In this document: one piece after another, positions 37,411 to 46,400 of the stretch
How positions within the stretch are numbered: position 1 is the stretch's first letter
How the letters are laid out: each line of letters starts with the position of its first letter
Sequence record: MZ779063.1
Strand: one strand, 5' to 3'
DNA length: 64,000 bases
Translations under genes and position numbers: made by a program
The notes under the pieces: generated by a model
Database searches by the model: none
What the model was told of the DNA's origin: nothing
Seen by the model: only the letters and a program-made list of their open reading frames with translations

Positions 37411-39612
37411 ATGCCAAAAGAAATAGACTTAACTTCAGAAAAATTTAAAGATTATTCATATAACGAATTAAACTCAAGAGGTTCACAATTAAAAGATGGT
37501 AATTTAGATTTAGAATTTGAATTAACATCTGTTAAAAAATATTTCTTAGATTCAGTTAATAAGAATGTAAGATACTTTAAAACATATAAAGAAAAAATTA
37601 ATTATTTAGTTGATAATGATTATATTGATGGAGACATGATCAGTAATTATGATTTTGAATTTATTAAAGGATTAATGAAAGAATTAATGGCTTATAAACA
37701 TAGATTCACTCGTCTATTAGGAGCTAAGAAATTCTATGAACAGTATGCAATGAAAGATGATGCAGGAGAAATTTTATTAGAACTATATGAAGATAGAATT
37801 TTATTTGTAGCTTTATATTTAGCTGATGGTGATGAAGAATTAGCTAGAAATATTGCTAATGAAATTATTACAGGTACTTTCCAACCTGCTACACCAACAT
37901 TCCTTAATGCAGGTAGAGTACGTTCTGGGGAATTAGTAAGTTGTTTCTTATTAACTATGGAAGATTCTTTATCATCTATTTATAGAAATATTTCTAACGT
38001 GGCACAATTAAGTAAACGTGGTGGAGGAATTGGAGTATCTTTAAGTAATTTACGTGCTGACAATGATCCAATTAAAGGTGTTGAAGGAGCAGCTTCAGGA
38101 GTAGTTCCAGTTATGAAAGTATTTGAAGACACATTATCGTATGTAAATCAATTGGGTCAACGTAATGGTGCAGGTGCACTTTACTTAAACATTTTCCATA
38201 AAGATGTAGTAAAATTCTTAGATACTAAGAAAGAAAATGCTGATGAGAAAGTAAGATTAAAAACTATTTCATTAGGTTTAACAGTTCCAGATAAATATTA
38301 TCAATTAGTTAAAGAAAATAAATCATTATATACATTTAGTCCATATGATATTAAAAAATATTACGATTTAGATTTCGATAGTATTGACTTTAATACTTAC
38401 TATGATATCTTTGTAGATGATAAACGTATTAGCAAAGAGAAAATGTATGCTCGTGATTTAGAAACTACTATTAGTAAATTACAACAAGAATCTGGCTATC
38501 CTTATATCATTAATATTGATACTGCTAATAGAGCTAATCCAATTAGTCATGGTACAATTAAAATGAGTAACCTATGTAGTGAAATTTTACAAGTACAATA
38601 CCCTTCATTAGTTGACGATAATCAACAATATGTTAAAACAGGAACAGACGTTTCATGTAACTTAGCTTCAACTATCGTACCTGGTTTAATGAAATCAGAA
38701 GACTTTGGTAAATCAGTTGGAACTATGTTAAGAAGTTTAAATTCAGTGGCAGAAAAATCTAATATTGAAGCTGTACCTACAGTTAAGAAAGCTAATGATT
38801 TATTCCATACGGTTGGTTTAGGTGCAATGGGATTACACACATATTTAGCTGAAAATCATATTCAATATGGATCAGAAGAATCTAAAGACTTTACTAATAT
38901 TTATTTCATGTTATTAAACTATTGGACATTAGTTGAATCAAATAAAATTGCTAAAGAAAAAGATGAATCATTCTACTTATTTGATAAAACTGAATATGCT
39001 GATGGTTCTTACTTTGATAAACGTTATATTGGTAAAAATATTCAACCACGTACTGAAAAAGTTAAAGAATTATTTGAAGATATCTTTATTCCATCTGATA
39101 GTGATTGGGAACAATTAAGAAATAATATCGTTATGGATGGTTTATACAATCAAAATAGATTAGCTGTAGCACCTAATGGTTCTATTGGTTATGTTAGAGA
39201 AGTATCACCTTCAATTCACCCTATTGTTGAATTAATTGAAGAACGTGTAGAAGGTAAAACAGGTACTACTTTCTATCCAGCACCAGGTATTACACCAGAT
39301 AACTTTGATTACTTTAAGAAAAATGCTTATCAATTAGATATGAGAGATATGATTGATTTATATTCAGAAGCTCAATATCATGTAGATCAAGGTATTTCTA
39401 TGAATATTTATTTAATGAATGAACTTGATCCAGATCTTTATGAATGGAAAAAAGATTCTTTAGATAAAGAAACTACTACTCGTGATATTAGTAGATTACG
39501 TAACTATGCTTACAGTAAAGGTATTAAATCTATGTATTATACTCGTATTTATTCACCAGACCATGATGAAAATTCTCAAGGTATTGTTGAATGTGAATCT
39601 TGTTCTATTTAA
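37411..39612 (+). CDS. nrdE: Ribonucleotide reductase class Ib alpha subunit
   Basis: PATPTFLNAG, LVSCF, MSNLCSE, GLGAMG, KSMYY and the C-terminal CESC; uninterrupted. Confidence 0.95.
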   Translation: MPKEIDLTSEKFKDYSYNELNSRGSQLKDGNLDLEFELTSVKKYFLDSVNKNVRYFKTYKEKINYLVDNDYIDGDMISNYDFEFIKGLMKELMAYKHRFTRLLGAKKFYEQYAMKDDAGEILLELYEDRILFVALYLADGDEELARNIANEIITGTFQPATPTFLNAGRVRSGELVSCFLLTMEDSLSSIYRNISNVAQLSKRGGGIGVSLSNLRADNDPIKGVEGAASGVVPVMKVFEDTLSYVNQLGQRNGAGALYLNIFHKDVVKFLDTKKENADEKVRLKTISLGLTVPDKYYQLVKENKSLYTFSPYDIKKYYDLDFDSIDFNTYYDIFVDDKRISKEKMYARDLETTISKLQQESGYPYIINIDTANRANPISHGTIKMSNLCSEILQVQYPSLVDDNQQYVKTGTDVSCNLASTIVPGLMKSEDFGKSVGTMLRSLNSVAEKSNIEAVPTVKKANDLFHTVGLGAMGLHTYLAENHIQYGSEESKDFTNIYFMLLNYWTLVESNKIAKEKDESFYLFDKTEYADGSYFDKRYIGKNIQPRTEKVKELFEDIFIPSDSDWEQLRNNIVMDGLYNQNRLAVAPNGSIGYVREVSPSIHPIVELIEERVEGKTGTTFYPAPGITPDNFDYFKKNAYQLDMRDMIDLYSEAQYHVDQGISMNIYLMNELDPDLYEWKKDSLDKETTTRDISRLRNYAYSKGIKSMYYTRIYSPDHDENSQGIVECESCSI

Positions 39613-39627
39613 TTGGAGGTATTTAAT

Positions 39628-39846
39628 ATGACATTAAAAGAAAAATTTGAAAGTAAATATAGAAATTTAAATAAAGAACCAGAAATTTTAATTGTAGTAA
39701 TTAAACTACCAAGTGGAGCTAAGGAAGTAATTTCCAATAGCTCTGACTTGGATAATAAAGTTCATTATTACTTAGAAAATTATGATGATCAATTTAGACA
39801 TGTTAGAGATAGCAATGTACAGATAATTGATTTCGTATTAGTTTAA
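39628..39846 (+). CDS. Small hypothetical protein between nrdE and nrdF
   Basis: GGAGG SD places the start at ATG 39628 rather than the track TTG at 39613. Confidence 0.7.
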   Translation: MTLKEKFESKYRNLNKEPEILIVVIKLPSGAKEVISNSSDLDNKVHYYLENYDDQFRHVRDSNVQIIDFVLV

Positions 39847-39871
39847 AAATAAAGAAAAAGGATGAAGTTAA

Positions 39872-40942
39872 ATGGATAGAGGAGATTTCTTAACAAGTTA
39901 TACAAAAGATAAAGGTTATTATACACCTGTAAATTGGAATAGAGTAGATGATTATGTAGATATTATGACATATGACACTTTAGTATCTCAATTTTGGACA
40001 TCAACACGTATTCCAGTATCTAATGATATTAAAGCTTGGTCTAATACTGATGATTTAACTAAAGGAGTAGTTAATAAAGTATTTGCTGAATTAACTATTT
40101 TAGATACACTTCAATCTCGTGAAGGTTCTGATGCTTTAATGCATAGTGCATTAACTACATTAGAAGAAGATGTATTAAGAAATATCGGTTTTATGGAATC
40201 AATTCATGCTCGTAGTTATAGTACTATTTTTACTACATTATGTACTTCAAAAGAAGTAGATGAAAACTTTGAATGGGCAGAAAATAATAAATATGTACAA
40301 AAGAAAATTAAATTAATAAATGAAGCTTATCAATCTGGAGATATTCTTAAAATTCAAGCAGCTTCAGTATTCTTAGAATCATTCTTATTCTATTCAGGTT
40401 TCTATACTCCTTTAAGATTAAAAGATAGTCTTAAATCAGTTCTTGAAATCATAAAATTAATCTTAAGAGATGAGTCTGTTCATGGTTCATATATTGGATA
40501 TAAATTCAGTAAGAGATTTGAAAAATTAAGTGAAGAAGAAAAAAATGAAACTAAAATGTGGGTAAATAACTTACTATTTGAACTTTATCAAGTTGAATGT
40601 GAATTCATTGAAGAAGTTTATACTGAAATTGGTTGGGCAGAAGATGTTAAATTATTCGCTCAATATAATGCTAATAAAGCTCTATTAAATCTTAAATTAG
40701 ATCCTATTTTCGAAACTACTGAAGAAGATGTAAACCCTATCGTAATGGCAGGATTAAAAACTTCTACAGGAAATCATGACTTCTTCTCTCAAGAAGGTAA
40801 TGGTTATTTATTAGGTAAAGCTGAAAATACTAAAGAAGAAGATTATGATTCAATCGATATTAATGAACTTAATAAGAATATCATTGATTCGTATAAAGAT
40901 AAAGCAGACGATAGATTTAGTCATAGTTACTATATAGATTAA
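39872..40942 (+). CDS. nrdF: Ribonucleotide reductase class Ib beta subunit
   Basis: Canonical ligands: TILD, MESIHARSY, FLES, RDESVH; C-terminal HDFFS...GY. Confidence 0.95.
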   Translation: MDRGDFLTSYTKDKGYYTPVNWNRVDDYVDIMTYDTLVSQFWTSTRIPVSNDIKAWSNTDDLTKGVVNKVFAELTILDTLQSREGSDALMHSALTTLEEDVLRNIGFMESIHARSYSTIFTTLCTSKEVDENFEWAENNKYVQKKIKLINEAYQSGDILKIQAASVFLESFLFYSGFYTPLRLKDSLKSVLEIIKLILRDESVHGSYIGYKFSKRFEKLSEEEKNETKMWVNNLLFELYQVECEFIEEVYTEIGWAEDVKLFAQYNANKALLNLKLDPIFETTEEDVNPIVMAGLKTSTGNHDFFSQEGNGYLLGKAENTKEEDYDSIDINELNKNIIDSYKDKADDRFSHSYYID

Positions 40943-41029
40943 TAAAAATTTTATTGAATGATTAACAAATATAGTATAATAAAAATAAAAAAGGTAATTT
41001 GTTTTTATTATGATTAATTTGCATACATT

Positions 41030-41061
41030 TCCCCTAACATTCTTAATTGATTGTTAGGGGA
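41030..41061 (+). terminator. Terminator, CCCTAA stem family
   Basis: TCCCCTAACA / TGTTAGGGGA, loop TTAATT, then TTTTTT. Confidence 0.8.
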
Positions 41062-41086
41062 TTTTTTACGCCAAATTTTGATCTGT

Positions 41087-41098
41087 AACAAAGATATA
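41087..41098 (+). promoter_or_regulatory. AR9-type late promoter motif
   Basis: AACA AAGATA TA upstream of the RNAP fragment gene. Confidence 0.6.
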
Positions 41099-41132
41099 TT
41101 AATTCAATTAATGGGAAAGGAGATAAAATGGA

Positions 41133-41879
41133 TTGAAACTTAAAGAACTTAAAAGAGATGGAAATTCTATTATATTCACTGGTGAAATATTAGACATTTA
41201 CATTCCAAGAGAACAATTCAAAAAAGGTTTATCAGAACATCGTGGTGAGTATATTAACACGTATGGAATGTTTCAATTTGAAATAAAAACTGAGAAGCAA
41301 GCTGAAGAAGGTAAACAAGGTGTTTTAAGAAAAATGAAATATCCTAACCCTATCGATTTTAACTATGTAGAGAATTTTAAGTTTGATGGAAAACTGTCAG
41401 ATAACATGGATTCAATACAATATGAAGTCTTTAGACTAAGAACCGGATGTCAATTTGTAGCTAATGTTAATATAGAACAATCAGCTGAAACTGTTAAGAA
41501 TTTCTTATTCTTATTCCATGCAGGTAAATTACCTACTTTTATAGATTATAATGATATTATTAAACTTCATTATGATGTATTGGATAGTAATAAAGTAAAC
41601 CTTAAATCTAATTCATTAACTTATGAATTGATTATTGCTGAATTATGTAGATATAAAGAAAATGTAGAAACGCCTTATAGAATAGCTTTAAATAAAAAAC
41701 AAAATGTTGGCCCTTTAGATTATATTAATTACAATCTTAAAAAATTACCTAACCTTAATTCTACATTTGCTTCATTCACATTTGAAGGTATGGATGATAC
41801 TATTGTGACATCTATAGGTAGAACTGCTAAAGGTGGAACAGAAAAACGTTCACCATTAGAAGACGTAATGAAATATTAA
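41133..41879 (+). CDS. Split multisubunit RNA polymerase, beta-prime C-terminal fragment
   Basis: ELIIAELCR and NSTFASFTFEGMDDTIVTSI parallel bacterial RpoC C-terminal HIEVIVRQMLR and ESFISAASFQETTRVL. Confidence 0.6.
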   Translation: MKLKELKRDGNSIIFTGEILDIYIPREQFKKGLSEHRGEYINTYGMFQFEIKTEKQAEEGKQGVLRKMKYPNPIDFNYVENFKFDGKLSDNMDSIQYEVFRLRTGCQFVANVNIEQSAETVKNFLFLFHAGKLPTFIDYNDIIKLHYDVLDSNKVNLKSNSLTYELIIAELCRYKENVETPYRIALNKKQNVGPLDYINYNLKKLPNLNSTFASFTFEGMDDTIVTSIGRTAKGGTEKRSPLEDVMKY

Positions 41880-41902
41880 TAAGAAAGGATGAATCTAATA
41901 AA

Positions 41903-42097
41903 ATGTTCTGGAAAGTATCAAAGAATCTCTTAAAGTTATCTAGAAGTATTTTAACATTCATTGAACTTAATTCAAATAAAAAGAAATATCCACCTTATTT
42001 AGCTTTTTTAGTATTCCAGAATAGTATAACAATAGATCAAGTTCCTAATGAATTTAAAGAAGAAGTTCAATATTTATTGGATGAAAGTTTTAAATAA
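41903..42097 (+). CDS. Small hypothetical protein (XkdX/CD1375-like C-terminus)
   Basis: SD AAGGATGA; ITIDQVPNEFKEEVQYLL resembles the TIxxVP..LK..V..LL pattern. Confidence 0.55.
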   Translation: MFWKVSKNLLKLSRSILTFIELNSNKKKYPPYLAFLVFQNSITIDQVPNEFKEEVQYLLDESFK

Positions 42098-42135
42098 ATT
42101 ATGATTGGTATCATTGTATATACTTTTCTAAATTA

Positions 42136-42147
42136 AACATACTATTA
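42136..42147 (+). promoter_or_regulatory. AR9-type late promoter motif
   Basis: AACA TACTAT TA upstream of the tail sheath gene. Confidence 0.6.
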
Positions 42148-42225
42148 TAAAATTTAATTATAATATAAAATCTATTGAAATTAATCACATAGATGTAAAT
42201 ATTCGAAAGGAAGGTTACAAAACAT

Positions 42226-45200
42226 ATGGCAGACTTTATGTATCTCCATCCTTCTGTACAAACACAAATCAACTCTTATCAAAATAATTACCCTACAGCT
42301 GAAGGTCCTGTAACATTATTTGCTGCAGACACTTTTGAAAAAGGTAAAGATGGAGTTATTGATTTTGTAGGTACTGAAGAAGAATTTATTTTTAAATATG
42401 GTGAACCAAACTATACGAAATACGGTCAAGCTGCTTATAACCTCGTGAACTGGTTACGTTCTGGTGGTCAAGCTTATGTATTACGTGTATTACCTAAAAA
42501 TGCAACTTACTCTCATGCTATATTAAACGTACAAAGTAGAGTACAAAAAGATGGTAAAAAAGTTTTAACGGATGCAAATGAATTAGTTAAAATTGATGAT
42601 GTTAAAATTCGTCCAACAATTGCATTTGTTAAGAAAAATAATAGAAATATTGAAGAATTAGTTAACGAAATCACTTTAGATCGTGGTAATGAACAAACAG
42701 TAGACGGTTATAATAATAACTTCTTACTTTTAGCTTATCCAAATGGTCGTGGTGAATCTTATAATGATTTAGGTATTCGTTTAACTTTAAATACTTCATA
42801 TGACACTAGTGGTCGTACTGAACGTGTTTATAACTTAGAAGTACTTGAATTTGACGAATTTAGTAATGTTAATGTAATTGATGGCCCATTCTTAGTTACA
42901 TTTGATCCAGATTCAATTTCAGATACTGGTGAATCAATGTTCATCGAAGAGGTTGTTAATCGTTATTCTAAATACGTTAACATCAAATTTAATCTAGAAA
43001 ACTTCCAAAATCTAGCTAAAGAAATTAATCCTAATGTACATCCTGCAAGCATTGATGTTATTTCTGGTAAATCTAAAGTTAGTATTGATGGAACTCCTGA
43101 GACTTTCTACTCAGAAAAAACTAAACAATCTGAAGATATCCATATCACTTTACACCGTTACAATAATAAAGGTGTACCAGTAACTATTAGTGGTAACCCT
43201 GTATTGAATAAACCTGATTTTAACGATCCAGTTGAAAATGCATTAATTTCATTAGACAATGGTATGCGTGAAAAAACTTTCGTTACAGATTCAGATCGTC
43301 TTTCTTACATGAGAGATCAATACAAAACTTTACGTTCTGATAATTTTACAGAATTTAAATCATTATTAAATAAAATTATTGTACCGGGTAATGGTTTATT
43401 TGAAGATGATGCAGGTAGCTTACCTAAAACTATTAAAGATAATTTAGTTTCTGCAAAATTAACACAAGAAGATGTAACTGCAGATATCAATGATGAAGAA
43501 GCAGTTGAAGAAGAATTAGCTGGAAAATTCAAACCTTCTGAAATTAATTTCGGTGGTAAACCTGCTGGAGCAGCTGAACGTTTAGTTCAAGATTATAACA
43601 CTTATTTTGAAGATTCAAATGAAGAAAATCTTTCTGCAGTACTTTCAGGTACAGAAGAAATTGGTTCTTTATTATTAAACGAATTCTTAGATAACGGTAA
43701 TAAACTTAACGCTGCTTACGAATTAGTTTATAAATCTAATTCAGGTATTTCTTCAAATCCTAAATATCAAGCTGATGTTAAAGAATTACGTGATGTATTG
43801 GCTCAAAAAGACCAAATCCGTATCTTTGGTATTCAACATAAATCTAATATCTTAGATATTACAAATGATATTGCTGAATTACGTATTGGTATGAAATCAG
43901 TTACTAACTTAGAAGGTATGTCTAAAGTATTAAATGATACTGAAACAGAATTACGCTATGTAATTGACAACTTAATGCCTGCTGTTCGTGAAGGACTTCC
44001 TAAAGAAGCAGTTGACTTTATTAACACTGTTCCTGATGGTGATGATGAAGATACAGAACGTGATTTAGTTTCTCCAGAAGCTATGTTAAACTCATTAGCT
44101 GACAAACAAATGTTAGTTGACGATATTAACTTAGGATTAATGGAAGACAATGCTGCTAACCGTGAAGAAGTATTCGTAGCTTGTAATGAAATCGCTAACC
44201 AATTAGTTGATTTAATTAACAGAGCTGTTTCAGTAGCTTCTGTATATAAAGTTGCTCGTGCGGTACGTATTGCAGCTAATACAATCTATTATGATATTTC
44301 TATCTTCCGTAAAAATATTGATGAAATGATTCAAACTCGTTCTAACTATACAGAAAGAGATATTACATTGAATGCTCATCAAAATATTGAATTAGCTGTT
44401 GCTAACTTGAATAAAGCTAACTCTAAATACTTCAATACTAATCTTATTGATGTATCTAGTCCAGTTAAATTCTTATTCGGTTCTGATGGTGACTTCTCTT
44501 ATGCTGAAGACATTTCATATAAAGATCGTAAAAACTCTGTTAACCGTGAATTAATTAAAGCTTATAAAGGTTTAATTGATGAAGAAATTACAAACACTAA
44601 AGCTTATCCATTTGATGTTGTTCTTGATGCTCGTTATTCTAACGAAGTTAAGTTCGCTATCTCTGAATTAGCTAAAAATGTTCGTAAAGACTTTGTATTC
44701 TTAGCTGATACGGTTACTGATCGTTACCCAGTTAGTCCTGAAGATGCAATTAGATGGAGAAAAGAAGAATTTGCTGTTTCTTCTGAGTATACAGCTATTT
44801 ACTCTCAAGATTTAACTTACTATGATGAGTACACTGGTAGAGACATTCGTTTCACACCAACTTATCGTTTAGCTTCAATGATTCCTTATCAAGCTGTTAA
44901 CTCTGGTTTACACTTCCCAATTGCAGGACCTAGACGTGGACTAGTTGAAGGACATAAAGCTTTATCTTGGGCTCCTAATGAACCTTATAAAGAAAAACTT
45001 TATACTTCTAAAATTAACTACATTGAAAAAGATATTGATAGAACTAAATTTGGTGCACAAATGACTTCTATTAAATCTGATGGTCCATTATCTAACTTGA
45101 ACAATATCTTTACATTAAATCAAATTAAACGTGATGCAGAAACTCTTGTTTCTGATTACCAATTTGAATTAAATGATGATGAAACTCGTTCAATTATGGG

Positions 45201-45378
45201 TACAGAGTTGAATGCTTATCTTACTCGTTATGTATCTAACCGTAGCTGTGAAACTATTCAAGCTGAAGTTAGTGCAGATGAATACGATAAATCTCAACGT
45301 ATTGTACGTGTTAAAATTTCTGTTAAATTCAACAATGTTATTGAACGTATCTTCATTGACATTAATGTTGAAAAATAA
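42226..45378 (+). CDS. Tail sheath protein
   Basis: N-terminal YLHPSVQTQI and FIFKYGEP; C-terminal PIAGPRRG and VRVKISVKFNNVIERIFIDINV; followed by the tube gene. Confidence 0.9.
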   Translation: MADFMYLHPSVQTQINSYQNNYPTAEGPVTLFAADTFEKGKDGVIDFVGTEEEFIFKYGEPNYTKYGQAAYNLVNWLRSGGQAYVLRVLPKNATYSHAILNVQSRVQKDGKKVLTDANELVKIDDVKIRPTIAFVKKNNRNIEELVNEITLDRGNEQTVDGYNNNFLLLAYPNGRGESYNDLGIRLTLNTSYDTSGRTERVYNLEVLEFDEFSNVNVIDGPFLVTFDPDSISDTGESMFIEEVVNRYSKYVNIKFNLENFQNLAKEINPNVHPASIDVISGKSKVSIDGTPETFYSEKTKQSEDIHITLHRYNNKGVPVTISGNPVLNKPDFNDPVENALISLDNGMREKTFVTDSDRLSYMRDQYKTLRSDNFTEFKSLLNKIIVPGNGLFEDDAGSLPKTIKDNLVSAKLTQEDVTADINDEEAVEEELAGKFKPSEINFGGKPAGAAERLVQDYNTYFEDSNEENLSAVLSGTEEIGSLLLNEFLDNGNKLNAAYELVYKSNSGISSNPKYQADVKELRDVLAQKDQIRIFGIQHKSNILDITNDIAELRIGMKSVTNLEGMSKVLNDTETELRYVIDNLMPAVREGLPKEAVDFINTVPDGDDEDTERDLVSPEAMLNSLADKQMLVDDINLGLMEDNAANREEVFVACNEIANQLVDLINRAVSVASVYKVARAVRIAANTIYYDISIFRKNIDEMIQTRSNYTERDITLNAHQNIELAVANLNKANSKYFNTNLIDVSSPVKFLFGSDGDFSYAEDISYKDRKNSVNRELIKAYKGLIDEEITNTKAYPFDVVLDARYSNEVKFAISELAKNVRKDFVFLADTVTDRYPVSPEDAIRWRKEEFAVSSEYTAIYSQDLTYYDEYTGRDIRFTPTYRLASMIPYQAVNSGLHFPIAGPRRGLVEGHKALSWAPNEPYKEKLYTSKINYIEKDIDRTKFGAQMTSIKSDGPLSNLNNIFTLNQIKRDAETLVSDYQFELNDDETRSIMGTELNAYLTRYVSNRSCETIQAEVSADEYDKSQRIVRVKISVKFNNVIERIFIDINVEK

Positions 45379-45386
45379 TTAAACTT

Positions 45387-45420
45387 ATAGGATACGGCTT
45401 AATATACAGTCGTATCCTAT
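45387..45420 (+). terminator. Terminator/attenuator between sheath and tube
   Basis: 13-bp stem ATAGGATACGGCT / AGTCGTATCCTAT (one G-U) then TTTT. Confidence 0.75.
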
Positions 45421-45531
45421 TTTATTATATAAATAAAGATCTTATATTAAATTATACGTATGAAGATGGTATATAAACTTCTATAATATACATTTATGTA
45501 AATAAGATTAATGAAAAGGAGAAAATAATAT

Positions 45532-46338
45532 ATGATTTTACCAAGTAAAAATCAGCGTGTGTTTGATAATAACATCGCTAAGAACAAGTGGTTCTATAAT
45601 GGACATATGAATCTTCAAACTCTTGAGTTTGATCCATTCGTAACTGGTTATTCATTCATAGTATGGACTAAGATTCCTTCTTGGGTTGAAAAACAATTCC
45701 CTGGTTTTAAAGCTATGACTCAAAAGAACTTTAAATCATTCCAAGGTTTAGAAAACATTGAAATGACTACAAACGATTATATGCATACGTTTAACGGTAA
45801 TAACTATCGTACAGCTGCTAGTATTACAAAAGGAAACACTGGTTTCCAAATGACTCACCAAGAATTCTCTGGTAGTCCAATTAAAAATATGTATCAATAC
45901 TGGGTATCTGGTATCCGTGATCCTCGTACTGGTATTGCAACTTATCCTAAAATTCATAATTTAGAATATGCTGCTAAAAACCATACAGGTGAATTATTAT
46001 ATATTCAAACTCGTCCAGATGCTAATAATACATCTAAAAATAATATTGAATTCGCTGCTTATTACACTGCAGTAATGCCTACTCGTATTTCTCTTGATCA
46101 CCATAACTACACTATGGAAACTCATGAAGAAGCACAAATTGAGCAAGACTTTGCAGGTAATATGGAAATTTCAGCACGTGTAAATGACTTTGCTAAGTCT
46201 AAACTTAATGAAATTTACAGCTTCACTGAACAAGGTATGTTTGATCCATCTGCACCTAAAACTGCTGGAGATAACTTATCTGATTTCGACTATAATAAAG
46301 GTGGAATCACTGGTTCAGGTAACGGAGATCTTAAATAA
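45532..46338 (+). CDS. Tail tube protein
   Basis: Position after the sheath; FDPFVTGY, EFSGSPI and YWVSGIRDPRTG; high-expression codon bias. Confidence 0.75.
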   Translation: MILPSKNQRVFDNNIAKNKWFYNGHMNLQTLEFDPFVTGYSFIVWTKIPSWVEKQFPGFKAMTQKNFKSFQGLENIEMTTNDYMHTFNGNNYRTAASITKGNTGFQMTHQEFSGSPIKNMYQYWVSGIRDPRTGIATYPKIHNLEYAAKNHTGELLYIQTRPDANNTSKNNIEFAAYYTAVMPTRISLDHHNYTMETHEEAQIEQDFAGNMEISARVNDFAKSKLNEIYSFTEQGMFDPSAPKTAGDNLSDFDYNKGGITGSGNGDLK

Positions 46339-46357
46339 TAGATTCTCTCAAATAAAA

Positions 46358-46389
46358 TCCCCTAATACTAAATTAATAGTATTAGGGGA
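46358..46389. terminator. Bidirectional terminator, CCCTAA stem family
   Basis: 13-bp stem TCCCCTAATACTA / TAGTATTAGGGGA, loop AATTAA, convergent genes. Confidence 0.85.
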
Positions 46390-46400
46390 ATATTTTTGAA

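Noticed and set aside
39872-40942. Possibility that NrdF is a metal-free class Ie R2
   Set aside because: All canonical carboxylate and His ligands and the radical Tyr are present (D, ExxH, Y, E, DExxH).
32611-40942. Group I introns or inteins in terL, nrdE and nrdF, common in related phages
   Set aside because: The ORFs are continuous and of normal length, with no intein (C...HN) or intron core motifs seen.
40954-41061. TTGAAT...TATAAT sigma-A-like promoter giving a short RNA before the 41030 terminator
   Set aside because: The spacer is only 15 nt and the background is extremely AT-rich; more simply the nrdF 3' UTR.
7388-46399. Other short overlapping ORFs in the track (e.g. 7388, 11756, 11880, 16776, 17140, 20666, 21683, 24847, 28932, 29185, 30233, 38622, 38933, 43317, 43956, 45748, 46184)
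   Set aside because: All lie inside or across well-supported genes on another frame or strand, with no independent signals.
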